Program-made: the position numbers and the translations under genes
Notes under the pieces: generated by a model
Told to the model about the DNA's origin: nothing
What the model saw: the letters and a program-made list of their open reading frames with translations, nothing else
Databases searched by the model: none
Assembly (NCBI GenBank): GCA_038064495.1
Contig: JBBTSZ010000002.1
Location: 480,002-544,001 of the forward strand
DNA: 64,000 nucleotides
Direction of reading: 5' to 3'
Origin: Patescibacteria group bacterium
GTDB lineage: Bacteria; Patescibacteriota; Minisyncoccia; Phycocordibacterales; Phycocordibacteraceae
Part shown: positions 8,995 to 18,469 of the stretch, piece after piece
How positions within the stretch are numbered: position 1 is the stretch's first letter
Layout: each line of letters opens with the position of its first letter

Positions 8995-9540
8995 ATGGAC
9001 AGATATGAGCCAATATTGCTTGTTCCGGTTCTTGAGGAAGGCCCCTACTGGAACCTGCTCGGAATATCGTCGCCTGCCGATAGAGATATCGCCAAGCTCG
9101 ACCATGCAATGAATCTTCACATGAAGTTCTTGCATAACAACTGCACTATCTTTCTTTCAGAACGTTCCGGGAAAGTGGCCTCAAAGCGATTTCAAGGTGC
9201 GATGGAATATGTAGAGATGCATGTACCGCCACATTCTGTAATCACACGGCCACTCATGTATTCTGGGATGTTTGGAGAAGTTCAGACTGCAATTCGGTAT
9301 CTCAAGGAGGAGCCTCAAAACATTCGAAAGGTCATCTTCGTTGGCAACGCTTCACAGCGACCACATATTCTAAGTATTGCGCGAGCGGCGTTCGGCGCAC
9401 ATCAGCTTCGTTCAAGCATGCAGGTGGATGCGCATTCTGAACATGTTGGACTGCTTGCCCGCATTGGCAGTTTTCTTAAATCATTTAGCGAGCCACCGCC
9501 AGCGAACATACCAGCGAAAGCTCCGAAACGAATCTCGTGA
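8995..9540 (+). CDS. Hypothetical protein, possibly a degenerate DUF218/YdcF-like fold
   Basis: GAGGGAG SD. Pattern 'KLDHAMNL..IFLS..AMEY..VPP..KVIFVGN..ARAAFG' loosely follows DUF218. Terminator at 9561-9591. Confidence 0.6.
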   Translation: MDRYEPILLVPVLEEGPYWNLLGISSPADRDIAKLDHAMNLHMKFLHNNCTIFLSERSGKVASKRFQGAMEYVEMHVPPHSVITRPLMYSGMFGEVQTAIRYLKEEPQNIRKVIFVGNASQRPHILSIARAAFGAHQLRSSMQVDAHSEHVGLLARIGSFLKSFSEPPPANIPAKAPKRIS

Positions 9541-9612
9541 GTCATCCCTGACCCACTTCCCCGGGACGCCTAGGCGTCCCGGTTTTGTTTTATACAAGTG
9601 CTATGCTTTAAG

Positions 9613-9905
9613 CACCCCCGGATGGTCCGTAGGACATACTGAAAACTAGACCAACGAGACGGGGAGTGAGAGATGTTCATTGTGTCCCTCCGTAAGGGAA
9701 TTAAAAGCCTCCCTTACTGGTGTTCCGTTTAGCGCATTATCACGGAACAGCGAAAATGGCTGGGACGGTGCGACCTTATCGCTTGGCCAAGACGTAGCAC
9801 CTACGTACACAGCGTGTCCCCGGTACACTAGTTAAATCCATAGACATCTACAGACTCACTAACGCTTTCACAAGTCCCCCCCAATCGTGGGGGGACATTT
9901 TTATT
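9613..9905 (+). ncRNA. Candidate structured ncRNA or riboswitch-like leader of unknown family
   Basis: Extended -10 TGcTATGCT (9599-9607), many nested helices, terminator at 9874-9905 and no credible ORF. Confidence 0.55.
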
Positions 9906-9932
9906 CTGGAAGTGGGGTCGTATACTGTGTAT

Positions 9933-10976
9933 ATGAATACAGACAAGGGCCGTGCCTATTTCTTACTCGCACTTCTCGTGGGCTCGGTGATTGTCGCATT
10001 TCTCGTGCTACAACCATTCCTCACCACGATTGCGCTTGCAGGTATATTTGCGGTCATACTTCATCCCTTGTATGAACGGATTCATCATAGGATTCCGAAC
10101 TATCCTGGACTCTCAGCGTTGGCAACGGTCATTGTAGGACTCCTTCTCGTGATTGTTCCGCTTTCACTCATTGGAACGCTCGTCATTAACCAGTCGCGAA
10201 CCGCCTACACCGAGCTCGTGAGTGGTGACAGTCTCGCAACTGCTGAAGTGATTGCTCACAATGTGGGCTCCTGGCTTGAACCGTATGTTCCCGGCGCAAC
10301 TGAATATGCGAACTCCATCTCGCTTGAAATAAGTACGTACGCGGAGCAGGGCCTGCAGTGGCTCATCTCGCGCATCGGAGTCGCTTTCACGAGCCTGCTT
10401 GCCGTCTTCCTTCGCCTCTTGATTATGCTCATGGCCCTGTATTACTTCCTCAAGGAAGGAAAGCAGCTGGAAAAACTCCTTATTGAGCGCAGTCCCCTCC
10501 TGAACGAAGAAGGGAGTGCGATTATGGACCAACTCGCACGCACCATCACCTCCGTGGTAAAGGGTTCGCTCGCGATTGCGTGCATTCAAGGAGCGCTTGC
10601 TGGCGTTGGTTACCTCATCTTCGGTCTTCCGAATCCAGCGCTCTGGGGTGTGAGCACTGCTATCTCTGCGCTTATCCCGGGCGTGGGCACGGCACTCACT
10701 CTTATTCCTGCAATCATTTACCTTTTTGCGGTTGGTCACATTGGAAGTGGTATTGGTCTTCTGCTGTGGGGCATGCTCCTGGTCGGGGCTATAGATAACT
10801 TTCTTGCACCAAAACTTATCGGTACCGGCGCGGCGCTTCACCCGCTCGCCATTCTCCTTTCGGTGCTTGGTGGTATTGCACTCTATGGCCCCGTCGGTGT
10901 CTTCCTTGGTCCACTTACCATTAGCTTCCTGTACTCGGTCTATACGGTGTATGCAAAAAGCGTTGCGGCGCACTAG
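9933..10976 (+). CDS. AI-2E (PerM/UPF0118) family transporter
   Basis: Multi-TM with 'ALIPGVGT', 'IDNFLAPKLIG', 'HPLAILLSVLGG..GVFLGP'. Start at ATG 9933, 6 nt after TATACT. Confidence 0.92.
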   Translation: MNTDKGRAYFLLALLVGSVIVAFLVLQPFLTTIALAGIFAVILHPLYERIHHRIPNYPGLSALATVIVGLLLVIVPLSLIGTLVINQSRTAYTELVSGDSLATAEVIAHNVGSWLEPYVPGATEYANSISLEISTYAEQGLQWLISRIGVAFTSLLAVFLRLLIMLMALYYFLKEGKQLEKLLIERSPLLNEEGSAIMDQLARTITSVVKGSLAIACIQGALAGVGYLIFGLPNPALWGVSTAISALIPGVGTALTLIPAIIYLFAVGHIGSGIGLLLWGMLLVGAIDNFLAPKLIGTGAALHPLAILLSVLGGIALYGPVGVFLGPLTISFLYSVYTVYAKSVAAH

Positions 10977-10979
10977 CGT

Positions 10980-11441
10980 ATGAAGGAGGTGCACTATTGG
11001 CTCATGAAATCCGAGCCGGAGTCCTATGGCATCACACACCTGAAGAAGGACAAAAAGACACCATGGAATGGTGTGCGGAATTATCTTGCGCGTAACTATA
11101 TGCGAGCGATGGCGCCCGGTGACCTCGTGCTGTTTTACCATTCCAGCTGTGCCGTTCCCGGCGTGTATGGCATTGCGAAGGTCGCTTCGCTTCCCTACCC
11201 GGATCCGACACAATTTGATGCGAAGAGTCACTACTTTGATGCGAAGTCAAAAAAGGAAAAGGCCCTCTGGGACCTCGTAGATATTAGCTACGTTTCTATA
11301 CTCAAGACTCCCGTGCCACTCTCAGACATTCGTAAAAACACAAAACTAAAAGGTATGAAAATACTTGAGCCACGTTGTCGGCTTTCAGTAACTCCGGTGA
11401 GTGCACATGAGTACGCTGAAATACTCAAGCTTGGTAGTTAG
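10980..11441 (+). CDS. EVE domain protein
   Basis: 'YWLMKSEP', 'WNGVRNYLARN', 'GDLVLFYHS', 'RLSVTPV'. Confidence 0.93.
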   Translation: MKEVHYWLMKSEPESYGITHLKKDKKTPWNGVRNYLARNYMRAMAPGDLVLFYHSSCAVPGVYGIAKVASLPYPDPTQFDAKSHYFDAKSKKEKALWDLVDISYVSILKTPVPLSDIRKNTKLKGMKILEPRCRLSVTPVSAHEYAEILKLGS

Positions 11442-12013
11442 GCGTTCAAGATTCGCTCAATCCGACGGTCTGGAACAAACCACATAAGACCCGTAAGCAT
11501 AAAGAAGGTGATGGAGACTGCAGGGTTATAGGGAGCAAAGACAATCGCTAGTGCGTTGAAGAGAATGGAGGTTTTGCCCTTAATATCCTTGCCGAGTGCC
11601 TGCGAGAGTGAAGTCGTGTTTTCGTGAAGTGAAAGCAAATCCTTGGTGAGGAGATAGTACGCAAATGAAGCTCCGAAACCAATGACGGCGTACATGGCAA
11701 CCGGGTACGGAGCAAAGCTGGTTTCGCCCATCCAGGTGGTGGCAAATGGAATGAGCGAAAGCTAGAACAAGAGGTGAGAGTTCGCCCAAAGAGTGCGCCC
11801 GTGAATTTTCTCCACTGCCTGGAACATATGGTGATGATTGTTCCAGTAGATAGCGACCGTGATGAAACTAATAATATAGCTGAAGAAAATCGGAATGAGT
11901 GGTATGAGATTCCCGGGGTCGGCAGTTGCCGGCACTTTAAACTCGAGCACCATCACCGTAATGATGATGGCGATGACTCCGTCGGTGAAAGCCTCGAGTC
12001 GTCCCTTACTCAT
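11438..12013 (-). pseudogene. TMEM175-family K+ channel interrupted by an in-frame TAG at 11762-11764
   Basis: 'RLEAFTDGVIAIIITVMVLE..YWNNHHH..HLLF*LSLIPFATTWMGE..WFVPDRRIE' in one frame. The stop replaces the conserved Trp. Confidence 0.85.
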
Positions 12014-12020
12014 AGGTTTC

Positions 12021-12431
12021 TTATGCGGCTGGGGCCTCCGGCAGTTCGTACTCAGTTGGTCTGGGATTGAGTGTAGAATCCACCCCAGAAAGAATAGTAT
12101 CGAGCGACTCATCTGATTTCAAAATGTAGCCCTTGATACCAAGCGACACGCCCTCGCTGATTTTATCAATCGCAGAAAGGTTTGAGGTGATGTAGACGGG
12201 GATTTGTTTCTCGCCAGCATACGCTTCCTGAAGCTTTTTCAGAAAACCAATGCCGTCCAGCTTTGGCATGTTCACATCAAGGAGAATCAGGTCGGGTTTC
12301 TCTGCTTTGACCTGTTCAAGACCGGCTTCGCCATCAAGTGCGGCGACCGTGGCGTAGCCTCCCTCCTTCAGCTTGTTTGCCATCGTGAGCTGGAAAGTTA
12401 CGTCGTCGTCAATAATGAGTACTTTTTTCAT
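12021..12431 (-). CDS. Single-domain response regulator (CheY-like)
   Basis: 'VLIIDDD', 'PDLILLDVNMPKLDG', 'GYILK'. Confidence 0.93.
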   Translation of the reverse strand: MKKVLIIDDDVTFQLTMANKLKEGGYATVAALDGEAGLEQVKAEKPDLILLDVNMPKLDGIGFLKKLQEAYAGEKQIPVYITSNLSAIDKISEGVSLGIKGYILKSDESLDTILSGVDSTLNPRPTEYELPEAPAA

Positions 12432-14212
12432 GGTGCGCTGGTTACGGATGCTTTCTCCAATGGTATCACGAAGTAAAACACGCTTCCGACGCCTATTTCT
12501 GAGACCACCCCAATCGTGCCCCCATGCTCTTCAATAACGCCTTTTACGATAGCAAGCCCGAGGCCCGTGCCCTTTAGGCCTGTTTCAGACTTGGTATCAA
12601 GCTGCTTAAACTTGGTGAACAACTCCTTAATGCCGGCGGTACTAATGCCAGGACCCGTGTCAGACACCGCGACGAGAAGCGAATCAGGGGCGTCAACGAA
12701 GGCATCCTCAGGGAGTGGAATACTTGCCTTTGCGGGAATGGTCGCGAACTCGTCTGCTACTCGTGCGCCCTTCACGTGCTTCGCCACAATAATCTCAACG
12801 GTGCCGTCTGCCTTCGTAAATTTGATGGCGTTCGAAATCAGGTTATTCATCACCTGTTTGATAGCTGCTTGATCAAGGGAGACCTCCTTCGGGAGTTGTT
12901 TGTCGTACACGGCATGGAACATGAGCTTTGCGTCGTCAGCGCTTGGTTTGAAGAAGTCATACCGATTCTGCACAAGCGCCCGAACATCATTAGGCTCTTT
13001 TCGCACATCAAACTTCCCTGCCTCAAGTTTTGCAACGTCCAGAATGTCGTTCACGAGCTCGAGCATGCTCGAACTGTCTGCACTAATCATGTGGACATAT
13101 TCGTCGTAGTCTTTCTTTGCGATTTTCTCGGCACCCGCGCGAAGCAGTTCGCTGATTTTGTTAATGCCGGAAAGTGGCGTGCGAAGTTCGTGCACAATCA
13201 TGGAGGTAAACTGTTCCCGAATTTGTTCAATAGAACGCTCCGCCGTCACGTCGTGGAAGATAACCACACCACCCACCACATTTTTCTCCTCACCCTCACC
13301 CGTATTTGCGTTTACGGGGAACACAAAGATTTTGTAGAAACTGTCGCGAATCAACACCTCTTCAGACTTGAAGGGCTTGTTGAGCTTTACGGATTCCTCC
13401 AACTTTCCACGAATATCAAACTTTCCTTCAAGGTTATCAATGAAGTCAAATATGGTGAGGTCCGTTTTGTTTGTCTTGCCGATGATGGCGTGAACCGAAG
13501 GGTTTGCGACGAGGATACGGTAGTCGGTGTCGGTCATCACGACACCGTCGGCCATGGACTCCACCATGGCGTTCACCTTCGCCTGCTCTGCCTTCACTAC
13601 ACCCTGCAGACTCGTTACGGCTTTAGAAGCCTGTTGAATAATCTTGTAGAGGATGGTCATTTCCTCCTCTTTATAGAGCCCACTCTTGGTATCAGCTACC
13701 GTGAGCACGCCCACCACTTTTTCATCAATAACGAGTGGAATGTTGAAGAAGGAACGCACGGGCTCATCCAGCTCTTCCACAATGATGGCGCCCGAAATAA
13801 CGTCTTTCACGTCCTTCTTGGTGATTTCACGGTCAAGAAGCGCAGAAAGCGAGCCGAGCATACGGTCCTTAATATCGTTCACGAAACGCTGGTGAACGGA
13901 GCGCTCCAGGTGCATTTTGAAAATCACCTTCTCGGGGCCAAGCAACATGTAGGACACGGCCGAGTAGTCAATGAACTGGTGGAGTGAACCCGTAATAACG
14001 TCCACAATCTGTTGGACATCGAGTGAGTAACCAATGCGGTCGCCGAGCTCCTTCAGAATCGCGAGCTCGAACATGCGACGAGAAACGTCCTGTTCACGCT
14101 TAATGAGGACACGCTTTGCGGTTCTATCTTTGACGTAGAAATAGATACTCGCCGTCAGTCCGCCGACGGCGAGTATCAGTGAGATTGCGGTAACTACCTC
14201 GAGAAGAATCAT
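12428..14212 (-). CDS. Sensor histidine kinase (TM-GAF-PAS-HisKA-HATPase)
   Basis: 'HELRTPL', 'NLISNAIKFT', 'DTGPGI', 'GTGLGLAI'; GAF-like 'NIPLVIDEKVVGVL' and PAS 'ESMADGVV'. Confidence 0.93.
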   Translation of the reverse strand: MILLEVVTAISLILAVGGLTASIYFYVKDRTAKRVLIKREQDVSRRMFELAILKELGDRIGYSLDVQQIVDVITGSLHQFIDYSAVSYMLLGPEKVIFKMHLERSVHQRFVNDIKDRMLGSLSALLDREITKKDVKDVISGAIIVEELDEPVRSFFNIPLVIDEKVVGVLTVADTKSGLYKEEEMTILYKIIQQASKAVTSLQGVVKAEQAKVNAMVESMADGVVMTDTDYRILVANPSVHAIIGKTNKTDLTIFDFIDNLEGKFDIRGKLEESVKLNKPFKSEEVLIRDSFYKIFVFPVNANTGEGEEKNVVGGVVIFHDVTAERSIEQIREQFTSMIVHELRTPLSGINKISELLRAGAEKIAKKDYDEYVHMISADSSSMLELVNDILDVAKLEAGKFDVRKEPNDVRALVQNRYDFFKPSADDAKLMFHAVYDKQLPKEVSLDQAAIKQVMNNLISNAIKFTKADGTVEIIVAKHVKGARVADEFATIPAKASIPLPEDAFVDAPDSLLVAVSDTGPGISTAGIKELFTKFKQLDTKSETGLKGTGLGLAIVKGVIEEHGGTIGVVSEIGVGSVFYFVIPLEKASVTSAP

Positions 14213-14242
14213 GATATGCGTCCCGAGAGGTGACCTCCCGTA

Positions 14243-14965
14243 CTAACTGGCCTTTGCGAGTGATTTCAAACGAAGTGCAGCAACCGTGACGCACGTAGCA
14301 GCAGTAATGAGGAAGATTTTTTCAATTCCCTCGCCCACTTCGCTCGTCACCACAACTATTTTCCAGCTCTCAAACAAGAGTTCCCAGAAGTGCTGAATCG
14401 AGAGAGCTAACACGGCGATAATCATTGGGTTTGCAATCGCCTGACCAATTTGGCCGAGGTTCTTTTTTGCGCTCATGAGGTAGGAACCGACGGTTCCAGC
14501 AAGTGCAAACGCGAGGAAGTGATGGAGACCAAGGCCTGCAAGTATAGATGTGCTGTACATTTCAACGACACTGTCAGCCATACCAGGAATGAGGAAGACC
14601 ACGACAAGCACGATGATGGAGAAGATACCCCACGACTTCGCTTTGCTACCCATGAGGTCAGCTTCGTCGCTTCCGAGCTTCGTAAGAGCCTTGAAGCCGA
14701 AGTAGTAGGAGAACATGGCGAGGTAGAACATAATGTGCCACCAAATATCCATGGACTCGTCAGAAATACCGAAGAAGTCGCCCCCGAGACCCTGGAAAAT
14801 GGTAATGACAAAGAACGTACCGGTACCAATGAAGAGGTACGAGAGCACGGAACCAAGACCGGATGCGCCTACCTTACTGCGCGCCATAAGCGTAATGACG
14901 GTTGCAATGAGGAATCCGAGCGAAGAGAGGTAGAACCCAATTGAGATAATAGAATCGAGACTCAT
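14243..14965 (-). CDS. Polytopic (~7 TM) membrane protein, putative stand-alone sensor
   Basis: About seven hydrophobic helices with His-containing motifs WWHI, LHHF and QHFWE; in an operon with the kinase. Confidence 0.75.
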   Translation of the reverse strand: MSLDSIISIGFYLSSLGFLIATVITLMARSKVGASGLGSVLSYLFIGTGTFFVITIFQGLGGDFFGISDESMDIWWHIMFYLAMFSYYFGFKALTKLGSDEADLMGSKAKSWGIFSIIVLVVVFLIPGMADSVVEMYSTSILAGLGLHHFLAFALAGTVGSYLMSAKKNLGQIGQAIANPMIIAVLALSIQHFWELLFESWKIVVVTSEVGEGIEKIFLITAATCVTVAALRLKSLAKAS

Positions 14966-14968
14966 ACG

Positions 14969-15238
14969 CTATTTGTTAATTTCGATATTCGGATACTTCG
15001 CGAAGATAGAACCGAGGGCGTTCTTCACGATTTGTCCTGAAAGCTCCACATACTGGTCAACGAGGTTCTGCAGGGTCTCTTTTGGGTTGTCGCCAACACT
15101 CGTTACCTTTCCATCGTTGTCTACCTGGAGGCCAGACACGCTACGAGCTTTTAATATAGCGATTTCAGGACCGAGAATCACTGATTGCTTCTTAATAATC
15201 TCTGTAATGAGAGCGGTATACTGTGCTGTTTCTTCCAT
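14969..15238 (-). CDS. Small conserved-looking helical protein heading the signalling operon
   Basis: 89 aa from ATG 15238, 'IIKKQSVILGPEIAILKARSVSGL'; 3 nt from the next gene. Confidence 0.75.
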   Translation of the reverse strand: MEETAQYTALITEIIKKQSVILGPEIAILKARSVSGLQVDNDGKVTSVGDNPKETLQNLVDQYVELSGQIVKNALGSIFAKYPNIEINK

Positions 15239-15391
15239 ACGTATAAATAATGAATATCTGTCCCTTTTAGTGTAGCACCCGTCTACTGGCGGAAAGCCCC
15301 CTGCCTGCATAGCTATGCGACCTCACGCATTGACCCATGTAGGTCTCCGTTGTATAGTGCTCGTTCACCACACCCAACAAAGGAGAGAGTG

Positions 15392-15880
15392 ATGACTGAT
15401 CTTTCAGCTGTTCCGGATAGTCAGCCCGTTCATTTGGTCAAAATTGACCCGCCCGCGCCAAGTATCGACGATTATCTCGACGGCAGTTTCATCAATTTCA
15501 ATTTTGTCGGCGATTACAGTTATCACAATGTCCTGCGGATGCGTTTTTATCGGTTTGATCCGTTTGAAGACAGTTCCACCCGCGGCGAGCTCGTGCTTCA
15601 TGCGCGAGTTACCGAAGCGAGTAGCCTCCTTGGCCGGCTCACGGTGCGTGGTATCTGGAAGTGCCTCGGACGCAACCAAGACAAGTTCCGTGCCTTTACG
15701 GAAGATGGCACTGATTTCATCGGCATTGTCTTTGACTGCACCCGGCCCGAGGTCATTACACCCTTTTTCGCAGACGGCAGACGAACTCCCCTTCCGGTTG
15801 TGCACCTGTGCGACCACATGAAGTTCTTCAAACCAAAGCGACCACTGCTTAAAATCGTCAGTCCTCAGCATGGTTACTAA
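15392..15880 (+). CDS. Hypothetical protein (orphan cassette)
   Basis: TTGACC-N17-TATAGT (15330-15358), AAGGAG SD, terminator at 15905-15935. Confidence 0.7.
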   Translation: MTDLSAVPDSQPVHLVKIDPPAPSIDDYLDGSFINFNFVGDYSYHNVLRMRFYRFDPFEDSSTRGELVLHARVTEASSLLGRLTVRGIWKCLGRNQDKFRAFTEDGTDFIGIVFDCTRPEVITPFFADGRRTPLPVVHLCDHMKFFKPKRPLLKIVSPQHGY

Positions 15881-15958
15881 TCTGCACAGCAGAATAGCTT
15901 CAAAAAGCCCCGGCATCACGCCGGGGCTTCTTCTTAGTACACCTATGGATGTAGGTCT

Positions 15959-16801
15959 CTAACGAATTCCAGTGTCTACATCAACCGTGAGGTGGAGAGA
16001 AGCCCCGGCCTTGATAGTAACCGTTGCTGGAAGACCTTTCACACTTCCGACACCTGCGGATTTTTCCATAGCAATATAGTACGTACCGACAGGAAGCGAG
16101 ACAGAGAAGGTGCCATCACTTCCCGGTGTGATGGTGGTGATGAGTGTCTTTCGGTCAGCTGTATACACGGAGATCTTGCGGGCAGCAAACATTTCCGGCG
16201 TTGGTTTACACGGATTGTCCACTCTCTCAACAGGACAGACCGGACCAATAGTCATAGTGCCCGTGAGGGTACCGAGAGATTCACGTGCAACGTCGGCGAC
16301 CATAAATTCAAACCGGTAGTCAGCAGGAAGAATGGTCTGTTTTGAAGACTTCGCTGGCGTCACGCTTACGAGTGTGACCTGCTTCCCCACAAAGGTGATT
16401 GGTTTATTAAGCGTGAGCGTTACGGTTTCCGCGTTGGTGCCTACCTGGATGAGCGTACGTACGGTGACGGTTCCAGCTTGGATACACTGCACATCAATTG
16501 GACAACGGCTGTCCTGCACCACTTCAAGAGGTGTGAGGTGCACCCCGTGGGTCAATATCCGCTGATTGAGAACCGCGACCGTGCCTTCTACCTCTGGAGT
16601 AGTGGTTGCAGCTACGGGACACTCCGCAAAGTCACAGTTTGGACCTGAACGGCCGACACTGCTTCCGTCCGGACATACCTTTGCCTCAGCAGTACAGGCA
16701 GTCGCCGTTGGCGCCATCGCGGTGTTCGTAATAGCCAAATAGCCGAAGATACCGGCAGCAAACACAAGTAATACGCCGATTCCGACAAGTGCGTTTTTCA
16801 T
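15959..16801 (-). CDS. Secreted or membrane-anchored Cys-rich protein with a C-terminal prealbumin/carboxypeptidase-regulatory-like domain
   Basis: Signal anchor, then 'CTAEAKVCPDGSSVGRSGPNCDFAECP', 'DSRCPIDVQCIQAG', 'GPVCPVE..DTGIR'. Confidence 0.8.
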   Translation of the reverse strand: MKNALVGIGVLLVFAAGIFGYLAITNTAMAPTATACTAEAKVCPDGSSVGRSGPNCDFAECPVAATTTPEVEGTVAVLNQRILTHGVHLTPLEVVQDSRCPIDVQCIQAGTVTVRTLIQVGTNAETVTLTLNKPITFVGKQVTLVSVTPAKSSKQTILPADYRFEFMVADVARESLGTLTGTMTIGPVCPVERVDNPCKPTPEMFAARKISVYTADRKTLITTITPGSDGTFSVSLPVGTYYIAMEKSAGVGSVKGLPATVTIKAGASLHLTVDVDTGIR

Positions 16802-16866
16802 ATAGTAGAGAGTTACTTACTGGAGACGTTCCGGCGGAAGAGTTGTGACAGCAGTGGTGTGAGCAC

Positions 16867-17193
16867 TTAGCGAGGCTCGGTGGCCTGAGGTGGAGAGGTT
16901 GTTCCAGAGCGTGCGAGAAGTAGGGCCTGTTCACGTTCCTCGAGTTCCTGCACCAGCTTCTTGTTTTGGTTCTGCAGATTCCTCATTCTGAAGCTCTCGC
17001 TAATTACTGAAGGAAGTAGTGCAAGAAGGCTGATAATCATCCCGACCGCAATGGCAGCGATAATAAGCAGAGCAAGAGAAGTCTCAAACTGCCAGTGCAT
17101 GAAGGTAAGCGCCACAACTTCTGTGTTCTGAACGGCGAAGATAATGGCACCAGCACCGAGAATAAAGCCCAAAAGGAAGAGTATAAGTGTCAT
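16867..17193 (-). CDS. LapA (DUF1049) family membrane protein
   Basis: 'IFAVQNTEVV.L.F..WQF..SLAL' followed by a coiled-coil tail. Confidence 0.8.
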   Translation of the reverse strand: MTLILFLLGFILGAGAIIFAVQNTEVVALTFMHWQFETSLALLIIAAIAVGMIISLLALLPSVISESFRMRNLQNQNKKLVQELEEREQALLLARSGTTSPPQATEPR

Positions 17194-17287
17194 AAAGATA
17201 GAGAATAGTACCTACTATAGACGTGTAGACCCGGAAAACATGACAATGGAGAAGGCCGGCGCAAGCGCCGGCCATTTTGGACAAAAA

Positions 17288-17719
17288 CTATTTTTCGGGA
17301 GTAACCCAGTTCACTGATGGTAGCAAGTTAAGCGAGTCAATCGTTGCGTGAGTGACTGCTGGGTCGCTACTCTCATACGTGCCCGTCTCACCCCGATTTT
17401 TATAGAAACGTACGGTCAGCCTGTTGTCGAGCAGACGGTCTTCGGTGCCATGCGGAATGAAGAATTCCACGAGGCACGTCTCTTCTCGGGTCAGCCACAG
17501 CTCCGCCGTAAAAACGTCAATGAAGTGAGGGTTATCGAGTGCAGTACACTTGAACCGCAGTTTCCCATCGATCAGGGTGTGGGAAAATTCAATCCATCCT
17601 TTACGCTTCGCGTGTGGTTTCTTGAGATACAAGGCTCCCAGTTTCAGAAGAACTACCATCTGATCAGGAGTGAGTGCATGAGTGGTCCGAATGAAACCAC
17701 CATAGTGTGCTTCTTGCAT
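17288..17719 (-). CDS. Hypothetical protein (orphan cassette)
   Basis: AGGGAGGT SD before ATG 17719; hairpin GGCCGGCGC..GCGCCGGCC downstream. Confidence 0.65.
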   Translation of the reverse strand: MQEAHYGGFIRTTHALTPDQMVVLLKLGALYLKKPHAKRKGWIEFSHTLIDGKLRFKCTALDNPHFIDVFTAELWLTREETCLVEFFIPHGTEDRLLDNRLTVRFYKNRGETGTYESSDPAVTHATIDSLNLLPSVNWVTPEK

Positions 17720-17828
17720 GTCTACCTCCCTGAAAGTGTGGTGCCTGTCCGCTTTATACCATGCCGCCTGCAGCCGCACCCCGCTATCCCCTTAGCAAGT
17801 CATTGGAGCGAAGGAAGCTAACTTGTAC

Positions 17829-18467
17829 TTATGAATATTTTTCTTCTTTGATCTTCTTAAGAAGATCTGTAAAAGCCACATATTCAATATCGTGTTCTTT
17901 AAAATAAGCCAGCGTGTCCTTCAGTTCTTGAGTCTGGTTACTCGAGTCAAGTAAATCTCCGAACGCAAACATCTCTCTGGCCTCATATTCCTGATAGCCA
18001 ATCAAGATTATTCTCAATGGTTTGCCGTAAAGTCTTGGTAGTTCACCATACTTGAGCGGCACACCGAGTATTTTTTCTCCGGCGGTACCTGGCGTAGTCC
18101 AACTCCGACCCTTAACTTCGTATACGAAATCATCGCATTCGAGATCAGGTTTGTATTTCTTATTTCTGACAGAACTCTGAATCCCGATAGTATTTCGGAC
18201 ATTCTTACGCCCTATAGCAACCAGAGCTTCCATCGCCAAGTCCTGACAAAGTTTTGTTGTCCATTGTGTTCCTTCTTCATGTCGAATTACCTCATTTGCC
18301 CATTGTGTTTCTATTTTATTTGCTTCCTTGAGCTTTTTTTGATTCGACGTGGTTTTCAATGAATCTTCAGTAAGCGGCTCATGACACCATTTTATTACGG
18401 TCGGATTATCAAGTAGACACAGCCCAATTTCTGCTTCGACTTCAACATCCTCGATTTCTTCTTCCAT
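17829..18467 (-). CDS. PD-(D/E)XK nuclease, putative type II restriction endonuclease
   Basis: 'KPDLECDDFVYEVKGRSWTTPGTAGEKILG'; 2 nt downstream of the methyltransferase; AT-rich. Confidence 0.7.
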   Translation of the reverse strand: MEEEIEDVEVEAEIGLCLLDNPTVIKWCHEPLTEDSLKTTSNQKKLKEANKIETQWANEVIRHEEGTQWTTKLCQDLAMEALVAIGRKNVRNTIGIQSSVRNKKYKPDLECDDFVYEVKGRSWTTPGTAGEKILGVPLKYGELPRLYGKPLRIILIGYQEYEAREMFAFGDLLDSSNQTQELKDTLAYFKEHDIEYVAFTDLLKKIKEEKYS

Positions 18468-18469
18468 AA

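Noticed and set aside
9740-9800. c-di-GMP-I or cobalamin riboswitch, or a tmRNA tag, in the 9.6-9.9 kb RNA
   Set aside because: There is only partial resemblance (CAGC-GAAA..GCTGGGACG). The GCAAA and B12-box motifs are missing and the peptide does not end in an Ala-Ala-type tag.
11762-11764. Genome-wide stop-codon reassignment
   Set aside because: TAG, TGA and TAA all end conserved genes at the expected positions in this window.
10164-13987. Long antisense ORFs (10164-11231, 12776-13987 and similar ones opposite rpoBC, smc and the helicase)
   Set aside because: They mirror the codon structure of real genes on the opposite strand and have no motifs or expression signals.
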